From positions 5,612,389 to 5,676,388 of the forward strand of contig CM121343.1 in assembly GCA_051530055.1 (NCBI GenBank): a DNA stretch of 64,000 nucleotides, written 5' to 3'. Under the pieces are notes generated by a model. That model saw only the letters and a list, made by a program, of their open reading frames with translations. It had not been told where the DNA came from and did not search any database. Below are positions 1 through 11,172 of this stretch, one piece after another. The stretch is from Neoechinorhynchus agilis (lineage: Eukaryota; Animalia; Acanthocephala). The first letter of the stretch is position 1. Every line of letters begins with the position of its first letter. The position numbers were made by a program, and so were the translations under genes.

Positions 1-91
1 AAAGGCTATAGATGTTTTAAATAAGTGACGTCGATGACGATTATAATGCCTCCGTCACACAAAAGAGCCATCGAATCCAACTGCGAAATCC

Positions 92-99
92 TGACGTCA
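92..99. promoter_or_regulatory. Palindromic CRE/ATF-type site TGACGTCA about 90 bp upstream of the Flower ATG
   Basis: Exact TGACGTCA in a promoter-proximal position. An 8-mer alone is weak evidence. Confidence 0.2.
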
Positions 100-191
100 C
101 GTAAAGATTAAAACCCGGCACGTTTTAGTCGACTACGAGAGAATGCGCGTAGAAGTACCGATCACTGTTTTGTGTCTGGCAATAATCCAAT

Positions 192-775
192 ATGCAGCAG
201 GACCTTCAGACCGGCATGCAGTCGTTGCCATGGTCATTAAGGAATGCGGTTAGGGCATTGAGCGTTGCATGTGGGACACGTGAGTATCGTCATTGATAGT
301 TCGCATTTTGTTCAATTTTGCATAGTGAACCTGTTGCTTGGCATAATCGTAAGTTTGACATTCAGTGCCAAGTGCTTGATTGCTGGCATCATCATGATTA
401 TGCTGGGTGGCATTATTTTAGCGATTGAGGCCACTTTTCTATGCGGACTTTTCGCATTCGGCCAATCGGCTCGAGGAATAGCGGACTTCTTCGAACGGAA
501 ACCTATTTGGATCAGATGCGTATTTTATACAGCAACCGCCATGATTCCGCTTCTATTATGCCACGATCCATTTGTTCTTTTGGCCTTCATGAGCTCCATC
601 GCATGTTCGGCCACTTGCTTTGTGATCGCAATAAGCAAAAGGTACGTTTGCAATTTAATCGAAAAATCTAAAACAGTCAATTAATAGAGGTTCCTCGAAT
701 CGTCATTCTCAAGTCAGTGGCGGACCCGTGGTTATCACGACCGGAAACGGCAGCGGCGGGAATCTAACGCAATAA
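192..775 (+). CDS. CACFD1: Flower-family small membrane protein (calcium channel flower homolog); exons 192-279, 326-641, 688-775
   Basis: Spliced product MQQDLQTGMQSLPWSLRNAVRALSVACGTLNLLLGIIVSLTFSAKCLIAGIIMIMLGGIILAIEATFLC...FFERKPIWIRCVFY...AISKR resembles Flower (PW.., CL..GI, IEAP.C, KP.W.R, GKK). Two 46-nt GT-AG introns keep the frame. Confidence 0.75.
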
Positions 776-1489
776 CTCAAATAAATGTCCACTCACACAC
801 ACACGCGCACATAGTTCATCTTTGCCGCCGATGGATCGCGTGCGCTGTTTAAAATAGTAAAATCGAATCTTCTCTTTTACGCGCCGGGAGTGAGCGACTC
901 TTCCATCCTTATCCACAAAAGTTGCTACTATATATACCAAATTTATCGAGAAAATCTTTATTTCCGAACTTTCCCCGTCTTACCGCTTAAACTCAGGAAT
1001 CTATAAGTAGCGACATTGCCTGTTAAGCATTTCTCGAGCTTAGTGATGTTCAGAATTTTCTCCTTCACATTGTCCGTGGAAAACAACGAATCGGTACTAC
1101 AGCGTTGAAAGACAAACTCAAATCGACTATACAAATGGACGTAAAGGACCACAATAAAGTACTGGATCTTATTTCAATTGTGAAAGTGCCATGATCGATC
1201 TAAATCACCCTTGAACGAATGAAGATTGTATTATGTTTCTCTGAAATAGTGTTTAAGACATTGAAATCGAAGTCCCCTCAATTTATTCGCGATTATAAAT
1301 GACGAAATAATACTGTTTCGGAGACATCCATTGAGGAATTGAATTTAATTTCAACCTCTCCAACATCACAATGTAGTTGTTACAGTAATAAAGATCGCGG
1401 TTTCACAAGATTATAAACTACATTCTCTATAAAAATGCCAAAGATAAAATCGATGATGGAAATGAACGAAAAATCGGCGATGCCGCTTC

Positions 1490-2095
1490 GCTTTTACGCC
1501 CTAGTGCGGAGTTTAAGTGATTCAATCACTTCTCTGATGCAGGAGATCAATGGACCGTATACCCAAGGAAAATTATAAGCCGTGAAAAAACGCCACACAT
1601 TAATACCTAATAAAAGTTACCGGCTGGCCAGTCTTCAAAAAATGGAAAAATTCAATGGCCTTGAATTAACAAATCAAAACTGGCTGAGTTTGACATTCCG
1701 TAGTTTTGTCGAGGTGGTTAAGTGGAAAACTCCAATTTTGCCGACGGTGGTGATTGCACGTCTTGTACTTTATTATGTTCTACAAATAAAAGTTCAAATC
1801 ATCAGTGGACTAATGCCCTTGATCCCAGTGAAGGGTCAACTGATTCGAATCCGTTACCGCCAATGGCACACAACCAAAGGGGACGAAATACCATTGAAGG
1901 GAGAAAACTGACTGATGAGTACCGCCTCTTGGAGGTATTTGAGGATCCTGAAGAATGTATAAATTCTTTACCGTATGCATCAGAGTATAAGTGATTCAAT
2001 CACTTCTCTGATGCGGGAGATCAATGGGCTGTGCGCCCAAGGAAAATTATCAGCCGTGGAAAAAGGCGTTACCGGCTGGCCAGTCTTCAAGAAAA
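1490..2095 (+). mobile_element. Non-coding dispersed repeat in partial tandem (about 474-bp period) carrying a rearranged hammerhead; retrozyme/pLTR-like
   Basis: AAGTGATTCAATCACTTCTCTGATGC at 1515 and 1989, with similarity continuing to CCGGCTGGCCAGTCTTCAA. Homologous to 12572-12761 (-) and 20187-20370 (-). Confidence 0.7.
1880..1943 (+). ncRNA. Rearranged (non-circularly permuted) hammerhead ribozyme, decayed copy
   Basis: GGGAC-GAAA-UACC ... CUGA-CUGAUGA-GUACC ... GGUA-UU-UGAG. Same 64-nt spacing as the intact copy at 20260-20323, with one mismatch each in stems I and II and an AUU triplet. Confidence 0.55.
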
Positions 2096-3794
2096 TTATA
2101 GATTTATTCACTTTGAAAATTGAACAATTGAACTTCTTGCGATCGTAAGATTCACGATATTTGATAACCAATATAAACCTTAGTACATTTAAAGCCTAAC
2201 TAAAATGACATATGTGGGATTTAGCCAAAAAAACGAAATGAGAAGCAATATTTTGCGAGGCATGAGCACCATTTTTATTAATCGATCGTAATGAACACAT
2301 CGTGCCATTTCGTTAGAAAAAGTTTAATGTCTCAATTTCAAATTAAGCCGCTGTTGAGCTAATGCACCATTGATAATTTCAAGTCTCTTCGCAAGTTTCT
2401 CAAATATTCGCTGATTTTTATCCGGGATCGTCATACTGAATCGATTGCCATCGATGACGACCTCAGCACCTAAGCGGAACTTTAGACATTTGCATTTCTA
2501 TTTTTCGTTTATTAGCTAAGAGCTTGTCTATAGTTTGTTCTGTAAGCCACGACATCCTATCTGATCCTTCAAAATCCGTAACATCCATATAATCGTCATG
2601 GTTATCAATGCGGCGACAGTGTGCCATGGTCGACGAGACCGTCAAATAACTGGATTGAGTGGACGAACTAAATAGTCGTATGTATTAGTTTTTTAAGAAT
2701 CGACAAAGATTGCTATGCAGTGGTAGGCAAAAAATGAATAATTTTATGTACCTTCGCTTATGAAATTGTTCATGTATTGGTAACAAATCGCGTTCTATCG
2801 ACCGGAGACGCTCCTCAGTTAATTCTTGAAAAGACTGTAACAATTTGGTGTAGTATTCAATATTTTAAATGTAAGAAACCTTATTATCATTGACTAATTT
2901 CTCCAATTGAATTTTTACTTCCTTTAAGTTATCAGACAAACCTTTGAGCTCTGCGCTGATCTGCTGAAATTCCTACATTTAGCGAGGTAATTCAATTTAT
3001 TATTTTTTTGTAGCGATGACAATTACTGATTGGACATTGTCTTTATCGGTATTGATACTTATCATACCCTTCGTTGATTTTTGCTCAGCTAATAAAATCT
3101 AAATTTTATTCAGTAATTCAATAAGAAGCAACACGATTTAAATGGAACTTACCGAAAGTGTATGATCATCAGCTATTTGTTTTCTCTCTACATCCAAGAG
3201 GTCTTTCCTAAATAAAGGAATCGACGGTCAAAGTCGCAAACGTTTAGCCAAACGAAAATTAAAAAGTTTATTATAGAATCGTGCATCCTAACTTTTGTCA
3301 TGGATTTTTATTACCCAACAAGTGGCCTTCATCAGTGACTTCCAAAAGCAAGAAAAAATTTAGGGCCTTTTTAACACGACTGATTTTTTAAAATTTGCAC
3401 AAGCTCACACGAGCTCACAAATTTAGAAACTTACAAGCGACCTTGATAAAGGCACAATATTGTGCCGAAATATCGGATTTTCAAATAAAATCATTGTAAT
3501 TTCTTCGCCAGAAAACAACCAAACTTCTAAAACATTTGACACGTTTAAATAAAATTGTTTAAGGAATCAACTACGAAAAATCTACTAGCGTTTGCCCAAA
3601 AGAATATTCCTTGGTTGCTCAATAAGTTTAACGGGCAGATCATTTGTACGCGCAATAATGTTGGCATTATTAAGTTTGAGGCAGACGAAGGTGTTTGAAT
3701 TTTGCCCAGCGTACTATTTTCTCCCCAATTTAAATTGCAAGGTTCGTATAAGTGCTGAGCTCCCCTTAAATAGACAGAGAAACTGCATGTAGAT

Positions 3795-3860
3795 GTGTGA
3801 GGTACCGAGGTGAGAGCAGAATAACCATTTCTCCACTTGCATTTCAGAACTGATGATGAT
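3795..3860 (+). mobile_element. Scrambled relic of the pLTR family seen at 60.1 kb
   Basis: CCACTTGCATTTCAGAACTGATGATGA resembles CCACTTGTATATAGAACTGATGATGA (60146-60171). AATAACCATTT is shared, and GTGAGGTACCG resembles the reverse complement of the 60.26 kb tail. Confidence 0.35.
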
Positions 3861-4057
3861 TAACCCGACGAGGACCCTGAAGATCTAAACAATAAGTTTA
3901 GAGAAACTACAACCTCGAATTTGGTTTTAGAGATAAACGTAGAAATAAAACTTAGTAATCCGAGCTTTTAGATAAGCATAGATAGTTCAATCTTAAAACA
4001 TAAAGATTTATACGGACGATTTAATTAAATATTCCTCCTAATCGAATTCTCCCATAC

Positions 4058-4715
4058 CTTAACTGTTGTATTTCTTGAGCTTGCAAATGTACTTGTAACA
4101 AAATATTGGTATCACTTAATGTTTCATTGGCATTTTTGCTGAATTGGTTTTGGTTTGTGAATTGCGGCTTGGTCATTTTGGGACTCAAAGAAGATGTTTG
4201 ATTCATATCCGAACATATATAGCTCTCCGTCGCTTTGAAATTCCCCTTGTTTGTTGTCATGTTACAATTAGAACTCGCAATACTTTGATCAGCGTGTACA
4301 AGTTTTGAATCCATGCTTCGGATGAAACAGGACACTACATCCGATATTCTGGCATGCTGATTTTTGTTTGAGATTTTATATGCGTTACATCGCCGTTGGC
4401 AGCCTTTGCACTTTTGTTCATTGCATTCAACTTTTTCTACGTAAATTTATGCATTGTTGCTAAGTCCGTATTTGACTTACCGGCAATCGGAACAAACCAA
4501 CATTCGCCGGAACACGACGATAAACTACTTGAGTCCAGAGGACGATATCTCATTTTTGGTTCATCCGATATTGTGGTCGAAATGGACGGTGATCTATCAT
4601 CGTCGTCATCGTTGTTATTATTGATTTGCAAACCAATAGTCGCAGTTTCTGAGTCGCTGCTCATTGAGCTCCCGGACGAAGTCGTTATCACTCTTGTTAT
4701 ATTGTTCATATATTT
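4058..4715 (-). CDS. Two exons of an unidentified, low-complexity multi-exon gene (probably extends both ways)
   Basis: ORFs 4437-4709 and 4021-4335 join in frame through a 44-nt GTAAGT...TAG intron (4480-4437), giving ...FVPIAEKVECNEQKCKGCQRRC...QAQEIQQLR. The next donor is GTATGG at 4057. Confidence 0.4.
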
Positions 4716-5972
4716 CTATCTGAAATGAAATACAAGAACTATTTACAAATCGTAGACGCAATAAACAGAGTCGATGATGTGTTCCTTGTTCAATTTTAGC
4801 CAGTTATGTTACAAAAATATCGTTCCTTTAGTGGCGAAACATTGCAATCGAATTTCCCGAGTCAAATCCTCAACTTATTTCTCAATATTGCTATGGCTAT
4901 AAGGCTCAGCCCGAATGTGTGCTAATCCTTATTTATTAACAACTCGTTCAATCCCTTAGCCTTGTAAGCTCGTTCTTTCGACCATTACAATAGGACGGTA
5001 GTCGATTGATCCAGAGCGGTGGCGTGAATGTCTATAAACTTTTCTTGTCGAAAAAACTGAATCATTCGAAATTTAAAGAGTGCGATTTTCTCAGTGAGCT
5101 ACTTTTTCATGACCAACAGATCGGAAAATCCTTAGATTTGGTTCAATGATGATGCAAAGCAATCACCTTTATTTCTATTGACCTACCAGAATGATATCGT
5201 TCCGTATGAGTCACCAATTTTATTACTGACACAAATCGGTGTTCGTTTATAAACTAGTCTTTGTCTAACGAATCCTGATAGTTTGCGATCTACCGAACAG
5301 CTAATTTGATAGGTTCATGAGAAACCTGAACCACAAAGGAACGTCGAAATTTTAGATTTTAATGCCAGGAAATGCGGATTATTTTAAATTCGTTAATTTT
5401 TAAGTTCGTTAAAAGGAAGTGCCAACACACTCATAGATTCAATCTAAATGACGTCGGAACACGGCTAACCGATATTTAAATTCTCGATACCACCTCAACG
5501 ATGATTTGTTTATTTCCCTTCACCAGGTTTGGGAATAATAGATAATTGCTAAGCTTAGTGTACAACATTGGATTCTTTATATACTACTAAAAACTACTGC
5601 CTGAAAAATGCCTTGGCAAACCACAATTATCCGCGTAGACCTAACCAAAGGATGCTGAAAAACGAAACAAATACCAATCAAATAATATTTCAAAAAAACA
5701 AACGAAAATAAAACACATAAAAACTCCAATACACCTCCTTGAATTTTGAACACTTTTAGGACTTTTAATTTTGCTTAGGACGTAGGTACATTGCCGATGT
5801 CAACTCTTGTCACAACATCAAGTTCAAACGCAATAACGATTCATACGAACCGGAATTTTACGCGTCCAAGAATGATGACGTAAAAAGTTATTTCTAACAT
5901 GCCGATTGGAATAAGCAAACATTGGCAATTCGACCGTGGAGACGCATAGTGACGTCATCGTTGACGCAAAGG

Positions 5973-6860
5973 ATTGCAGCTCATTTTGGGATCTAAAATT
6001 AAAACCATTTCTCATCTCTGCAAATTTGATTGTGGTAAATCTTTGAAAAAAATTGTCCTGTAGCTCCCAAATCGACGAACTTTGTAAAAATCAGGCTTTT
6101 TCATGTTATCAATAACGGAAATGATTGTAGCTCATTTTGCGATCTAAAATTAAAACCATTTCTCATCTTTGTAAATTTGATTGTGGTAAATCTTTGAAAT
6201 TAAAAAATTGTCCTGTAGCTCCCAAATCGACGAACTTTGTAAAAATCAGGCTTTTTCATGTTATCAATAACGGAAATGATTGTAGCTCATTTTGCGATCT
6301 AAAATTAAAACCATTTATCATCTCTGTAAATTTGATTGTGGTAAATCTTTAAAATGAAAAAATTGTCCTGTAGCTCCCAAATCGACGAACTTTGTAAAAA
6401 TCAGGCTTTTGCACGTTATCAATAACGGAAATGATTGTAGCTCATTTTGCGATCTAAAATTAAAACCATTTCTCATCTTTGTAAATTTGATTGTGGTAAA
6501 TCTTTGAAATTAAAAAATTGTCCTGTAGCTCCCAAATCGACGAACTTTGTAAAAATCAGGCTTTTTCACGTTATCAATAACGGAAATGATTGTAGCTCAT
6601 TTTGCGATCTAAAATTAAAACCATTTCTCATCTTTGTAAATTTGATTGTGGTAAATCTTTGAAAGTAAAAAATTGTCCTGTAGCTCCCAAATCGACGAAC
6701 TTTGTAAAAATCAGGCTTTTGCACGTTATCAATAACGGAAATGATTTTAGCTCATTTTGAGATTTAAAATTAAAACCATTTCTCATCTCTGTAAATTTGA
6801 TTGTGGTAAATCTTTAAAATGAAAAAATTGTCCTATAGCTCCCAAATCGACGAAATTATA
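5973..6860. repeat. Satellite A: 155-bp tandem repeat, about 5.7 copies
   Basis: Unit ...GATCTAAAATTAAAACCATTTCTCATCT...GTAGCTCCCAAATCGACGAACTTTG... recurs every 155 bp. The ORFs at 6137 and 6447 are artefacts of it. Confidence 0.95.
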
Positions 6861-7044
6861 AAAAATGTGGCTTAAACCAATGGCTAAATTTCTTTGCGCG
6901 ATCTCAACTTTGAAAGGGACATTTGAGCTCGGAAAAATCTCAGAAATCGTACTGTTTATTGATCGTGTTTTTTGTAGTCGCGTGGATTAATAGATGAAAA
7001 TAACATTTTAAAGTGGTTTAATAACGAACTTAATAAACGCTCAT

Positions 7045-8199
7045 TCACTCTTTCCTCTTTTTAGAATTCATCTTTCTACTGGATTTCACATCTATTATCG
7101 CTCGCTTTAGAGGTGCTCTTGGGTACAATTCACCACTCTCGTAAGAAATTCGTCCCTTTTGAACACGAAAATCTACCCTTAGCATATAATGGTCACTTCC
7201 TTGAGAAATAGAGGGAATGGGTCCATTTGGACCAGCACGATGAGGATAATGATCTTTAGTTTTGAACACTGGATTCAAAGCGACGTCGTCCCCATTCGAA
7301 TAGAATACGTGGTCGACGGTGACATAGTAATCACTAAACGGGCCATTCCAAGAATAAAGTCCAAACGGTTTCATGTTGCCGGGGTGAACTGATTTGAATT
7401 TTAGTCCATGCTCGTAGATTCGAATTGAATCCTCGATTTCCTTCGCGTCATTCACAAATTCACACCTACTATTAATCTTTAGATGTTTAGGCAAAAGCGG
7501 AAATCGAATGGAACTAAATGATTGTTTAAACCAACAAATATCGTTTTTCGGGATATTGTCCCTTTTTACGTTTCCAAGATCGATCTTTTCGCCAACTATA
7601 AACCGCCACAATGGTGAATCCGAAACTGCGTTGAAATCGCCCGAAAGGATAATGGGCGGAACAGGATTACCTTTCATTTTTATTCGGGTCAGTCGATGTA
7701 TTTCAGCCAATAGAACAATCATCTGAGCCAGTTTTACATCTCCTCTTTTGGGATTAAAGCAAAGATGAACATTTACAATACACACTTCGATTGCTGGCTT
7801 TGTCAAGTGCTTAAAAATGACTACCTGGGCAACATTTGCACGATCCAGCACTGAATTTTTAACCTTTAGATTCACGGGAAGGTATTCACGAACAGAGAAT
7901 TTCGTCTTTTTGAAGAACACTGCACAGCCGTCACATTTAGGAGTGTCTCTTTTGGCATATAAATCACCGTATCCCATCGTGGCTAAATCCTCCCGCATCC
8001 TTTCGTAATGATCCGCTTGCATCTCCTGAAGACACAAAATATCCGATTTGCACGAGCAAAGTGTTTCCAGAATTAGAGGACGTCGGTGCTCCCATTTTAA
8101 GTACTGTTCATCGATTTCGTTATAAATTGAACGGGTTTCCTCCAATATCGCCTGAGACAATATATTGAAGGAGCAGACTGAAATGAAAGTACTATCCAT
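7045..8199 (-). CDS. ANGEL: Angel homolog (CCR4/EEP family; 2',3'-cyclic phosphatase type), intronless, 384 aa
   Basis: Motifs SFNILSQ, DILCLQE, NVAQV, HLCFNPKRGDVKLAQ, GDFN, TVDHVFY and GSDH. The FNPxRGDVKLAQ motif is typical of Angel. Confidence 0.9.
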   Translation of the reverse strand: MDSTFISVCSFNILSQAILEETRSIYNEIDEQYLKWEHRRPLILETLCSCKSDILCLQEMQADHYERMREDLATMGYGDLYAKRDTPKCDGCAVFFKKTKFSVREYLPVNLKVKNSVLDRANVAQVVIFKHLTKPAIEVCIVNVHLCFNPKRGDVKLAQMIVLLAEIHRLTRIKMKGNPVPPIILSGDFNAVSDSPLWRFIVGEKIDLGNVKRDNIPKNDICWFKQSFSSIRFPLLPKHLKINSRCEFVNDAKEIEDSIRIYEHGLKFKSVHPGNMKPFGLYSWNGPFSDYYVTVDHVFYSNGDDVALNPVFKTKDHYPHRAGPNGPIPSISQGSDHYMLRVDFRVQKGRISYESGELYPRAPLKRAIIDVKSSRKMNSKKRKE

Positions 8200-8509
8200 C
8201 GATTTCTACAATACGGAAATAAAGAATTTAAAAATGATTATTAGGAGCGGAATATTGTGTGCGTTCTGACCAGGAACATTCTGAAAGGATACCCAAGGGC
8301 GCGCGATATCAAACCGCAAAGAGATTCAGCCACGCTTGATCCTAAAATGTGATTTCAAAATGCATTCAACACAGTCCACCGAGCGGATTTGCTCGAAGTA
8401 TTAAGAGATAACGCACCAGAAGCATTTCGTCATTTCGTTAATGTCTATGGGACTTCAACTCCATTGTTTATTTAATATCTTGGATTTATTTATTTATTAA
8501 AATTTACAA

Positions 8510-9310
8510 TGACGATTATGTTCCTTGGAGCCACGCTTTCAGCATTCCCTCGTTGTACTGCGAGGGAGATATTTTGTTTAGGGAATGCTGTCGTACGCGG
8601 GTCCTTTTTCATCGCCATCGACTCCTGCTATATCTGAAGCCAGCTGAAGTGCGGATTCTCCGAAGGCCTCGAACGTTTCGATCCCGAAAGGCACAAAATA
8701 TAAGCTCTCCCTCAGCTCAAAATATTTTGCCGCTTTCCGACGCTCCGCTGCGGTCGCTACAGCGCCGACGTTGGCAAAATTAGATGAGACGGTGAAAGCT
8801 TCTCCCGGGAAAATTTTTAAATACTCAGCTGTCAGACGAGGCCTGGCGTCAAGCGTCCTTGCCTGTGTCGTCCGGCGATTTGGGTATCCGAAAAGCAGCC
8901 GATATTTCTCTGCCGAATTATTTGGGATCGTATGAAGCAAGCCGTAAAAAATTTCAGTCTTTTCTTGGCGAGAATTGCAGTTTGGATGAAGATTTCGTGG
9001 ATACTATTAATTTTTGGTGTGGAGATTCAGGCAGCAAACAGGTACCCGTCAATGGTTGCAAACAATCAGTTTAGGACTCACCCCTGGTAGCGAAAATTCA
9101 TAACTCTTTAATTTCAGATTCTCGTGACCTGGTGAATCGAACTCGATTGGCGGCAGTTCCTAAAAGAGAATCAAGTGCCTGGCTCAACACCATTCCAATC
9201 GCTTCTGTGGGTACTCTTCAACAAGACAGTAAGGATTGCAGTGTCGCTGAGACTTGGGGTATCGATGTTCACCTCCCATCGCTGCCGTTGCGGTGCGACC
9301 ATGGAGCCAT
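8510..9310. mobile_element. CRE-clade-like non-LTR retrotransposon relic with an internal inversion
   Basis: Minus strand 8510-8800: AAERRKAAKY..LYFVPFGIETFEAFG..QNISLAVQRGNA (RLE C-terminus). Plus strand 8859-9310: MPVSSGDLGIR..SAWLNTIPIASVG..RIAVSLRLG..HRCRCG (post-RT region), with stops and frameshifts. Confidence 0.75.
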
Positions 9311-10167
9311 TCAAAATTTCTGCAATCGACGCCGTACTTTGTATTTATGACACACTCCTTCGAAACCTCCATAATAAATGCTGTAATAAAAGTTCACAAA
9401 CCGCGAAATAAGACCTAATGCTCCTCTTCTTCTTAAGGCGTGGAAATTGAACTTCATTTTCACTTAAATCTGAGTAATTTGTCAGAATCTCCTTCCCAAG
9501 CAAACGTGATAAAAGGAAAAGAACGTTGGAAGTCAGTGATATGCAGAACTGCGGGATTTTTTACCATCGGAGACTAGAAAGCGAAATGGAATTTCTCGGG
9601 TTACAGGTAGGGTTCGTTAGCCGGCTTGGGGATGCGATGTAATCATGCCACAATTTTCATTTCAAAAATAATAGTCACATTCATATGGATGTAATTTTCT
9701 CTGCTTGGAGCTGTAAATATTGGTTCCAAATGCTGGGAATTGAACCATTCAAAACGATCCAATTTTTCGTCTATAATTGCGAAATTTGGATAGAAAGGAA
9801 GCGAAATTGCTTACAAAGAATGTTTATGTTTTTTGGTAAATGTGTTCTCGAATGGATCCCACAGAAAATTTAGCAAAAGACACCTTAAATTACGTTTTAT
9901 TTGATTAATGGCAGTTTGGAAAGCGCTTAAAAAGTCTTCTCCAATAAGATCATGATCGCCTTTGATGAATTAAATAGCACAATAATATCACGTAAATCGC
10001 TTTGTCGTCTTATTCACTCTGAACTTGCATAACTGGTACGCAAATATTAATTAACGCCAAATTTCGCACGCCATGGCAAAAAATCAGCGGATGGTCGAAT
10101 ACAAGCCATAAAACAGTTCCGAAAAAAAATGCTCCAGACAAAGAAATGTGTTTGAAGATTGAATTAT

Positions 10168-11170
10168 TCATATAGGTTGTTTTCTGGCGTAGAAATTAAA
10201 ATGAGCTTTGAAATCCGACATTTCCGAGGCACAATCTTGTGCCTTTATATTCATTTCTAAAAAATACGTGGGGGATAGGTCAATATTCACTGTTTTAAGA
10301 TTGAGCCTAAAGTCCGCCGTATTCCGGTCAACCGTTTTCACCTGGCTGTTGAAAAGGGCCTCCAAAATTACACGATCCCATTTTGTTTCACTGCGTGCAA
10401 AAATGGTCGCTTTGTCAATGTCCATGACGTGGCCTTGTTGTGCGAAATGGTTGAGTATTGCAGATACGACTTTTTCACGTTCAGTGCAAGGAATTTTGTA
10501 CACCACTCCTTTGCCTTGATATTCTTCACGTTTCTTCACAATGGAACTTAGTTGCTTACCTCTGACGCGTCTCCTTTGATCAGGCTGCTAATTGTAGCGA
10601 TGAACTCCTCGTCGACGAATAGTGCACCTATGAATGCTTTTAGTTTTGACTTCTGGCACATAGTTTTCCTTCCATAGAATGCTCTGCAACTTGCTTTTCT
10701 TATTATGTAGATTGGATAGCCCTTTCTTTTTAGTATGCTCCACAGAAATTCAAGTTCTTCGCTAAGTGAGTCTTGGTTTGAGCAATAGTTATAGGCCTGA
10801 TCAAATAACGACTTAATCCTATCTATTTTATATTTAATCGGTGCCATTGTAATGAAGGGTGCAATGTCAGTCGGTATACCAATCTTCCTGTATACAGTAG
10901 TCTCAAACTTAGCTCCTTTTCGCGTTATGGAAACGCCCAAAAAAAGATCGCATTATGATTCTCCGGGCCTGCTGTCCATTGGATGTTGCTGTGCTTGGAA
11001 TTAAGCGTGTGAGCAAACTTTTCCGGTTCTGTGGTTTTATCGACTAAGATAAAAGTGTCATCTACGTATCTCATCCGACATTGGTAAAGGATAAAATCAT
11101 CCATGGAGTTTTTAAATACCGCAAAAGTAACAGTAAAGCCACAGAGTCCGATTGAAGTACCGTTCCTCCT
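10168..11170 (-). mobile_element. Penelope-like element relic (RT C-half plus damaged GIY-YIG endonuclease)
   Basis: RYVDDTFIL near 11045-11070, FLGVSITRK..TTVYRK, KSLFDQAYNYCS..EELEFL..GYP, then GVVYKIPC..SAILNH..GH..RVILEA. Broken by stops and frameshifts. Confidence 0.85.
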
Positions 11171-11172
11171 GC

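Noticed and set aside
1582-1994. ORFs 1582-1911, 1722-1994 and 1802-1999 as proteins
   Set aside because: They overlap the non-coding repeat, the homologous copy at 20.2 kb has stops in the same frame, and no domain is recognisable.
3590-4335. STIL/SAS-5 identity for the unknown minus-strand gene
   Set aside because: Only a vague coiled-coil resemblance (QAQEIQQLR). No convincing STAN motif was found.
7045-8199. Functional link between Angel (removes 2',3'-cyclic phosphates) and the nearby hammerheads that generate such ends
   Set aside because: Biochemically suggestive, but adjacency in an animal genome with dispersed repeats is no evidence of coupling. Angel is a conserved housekeeping gene.
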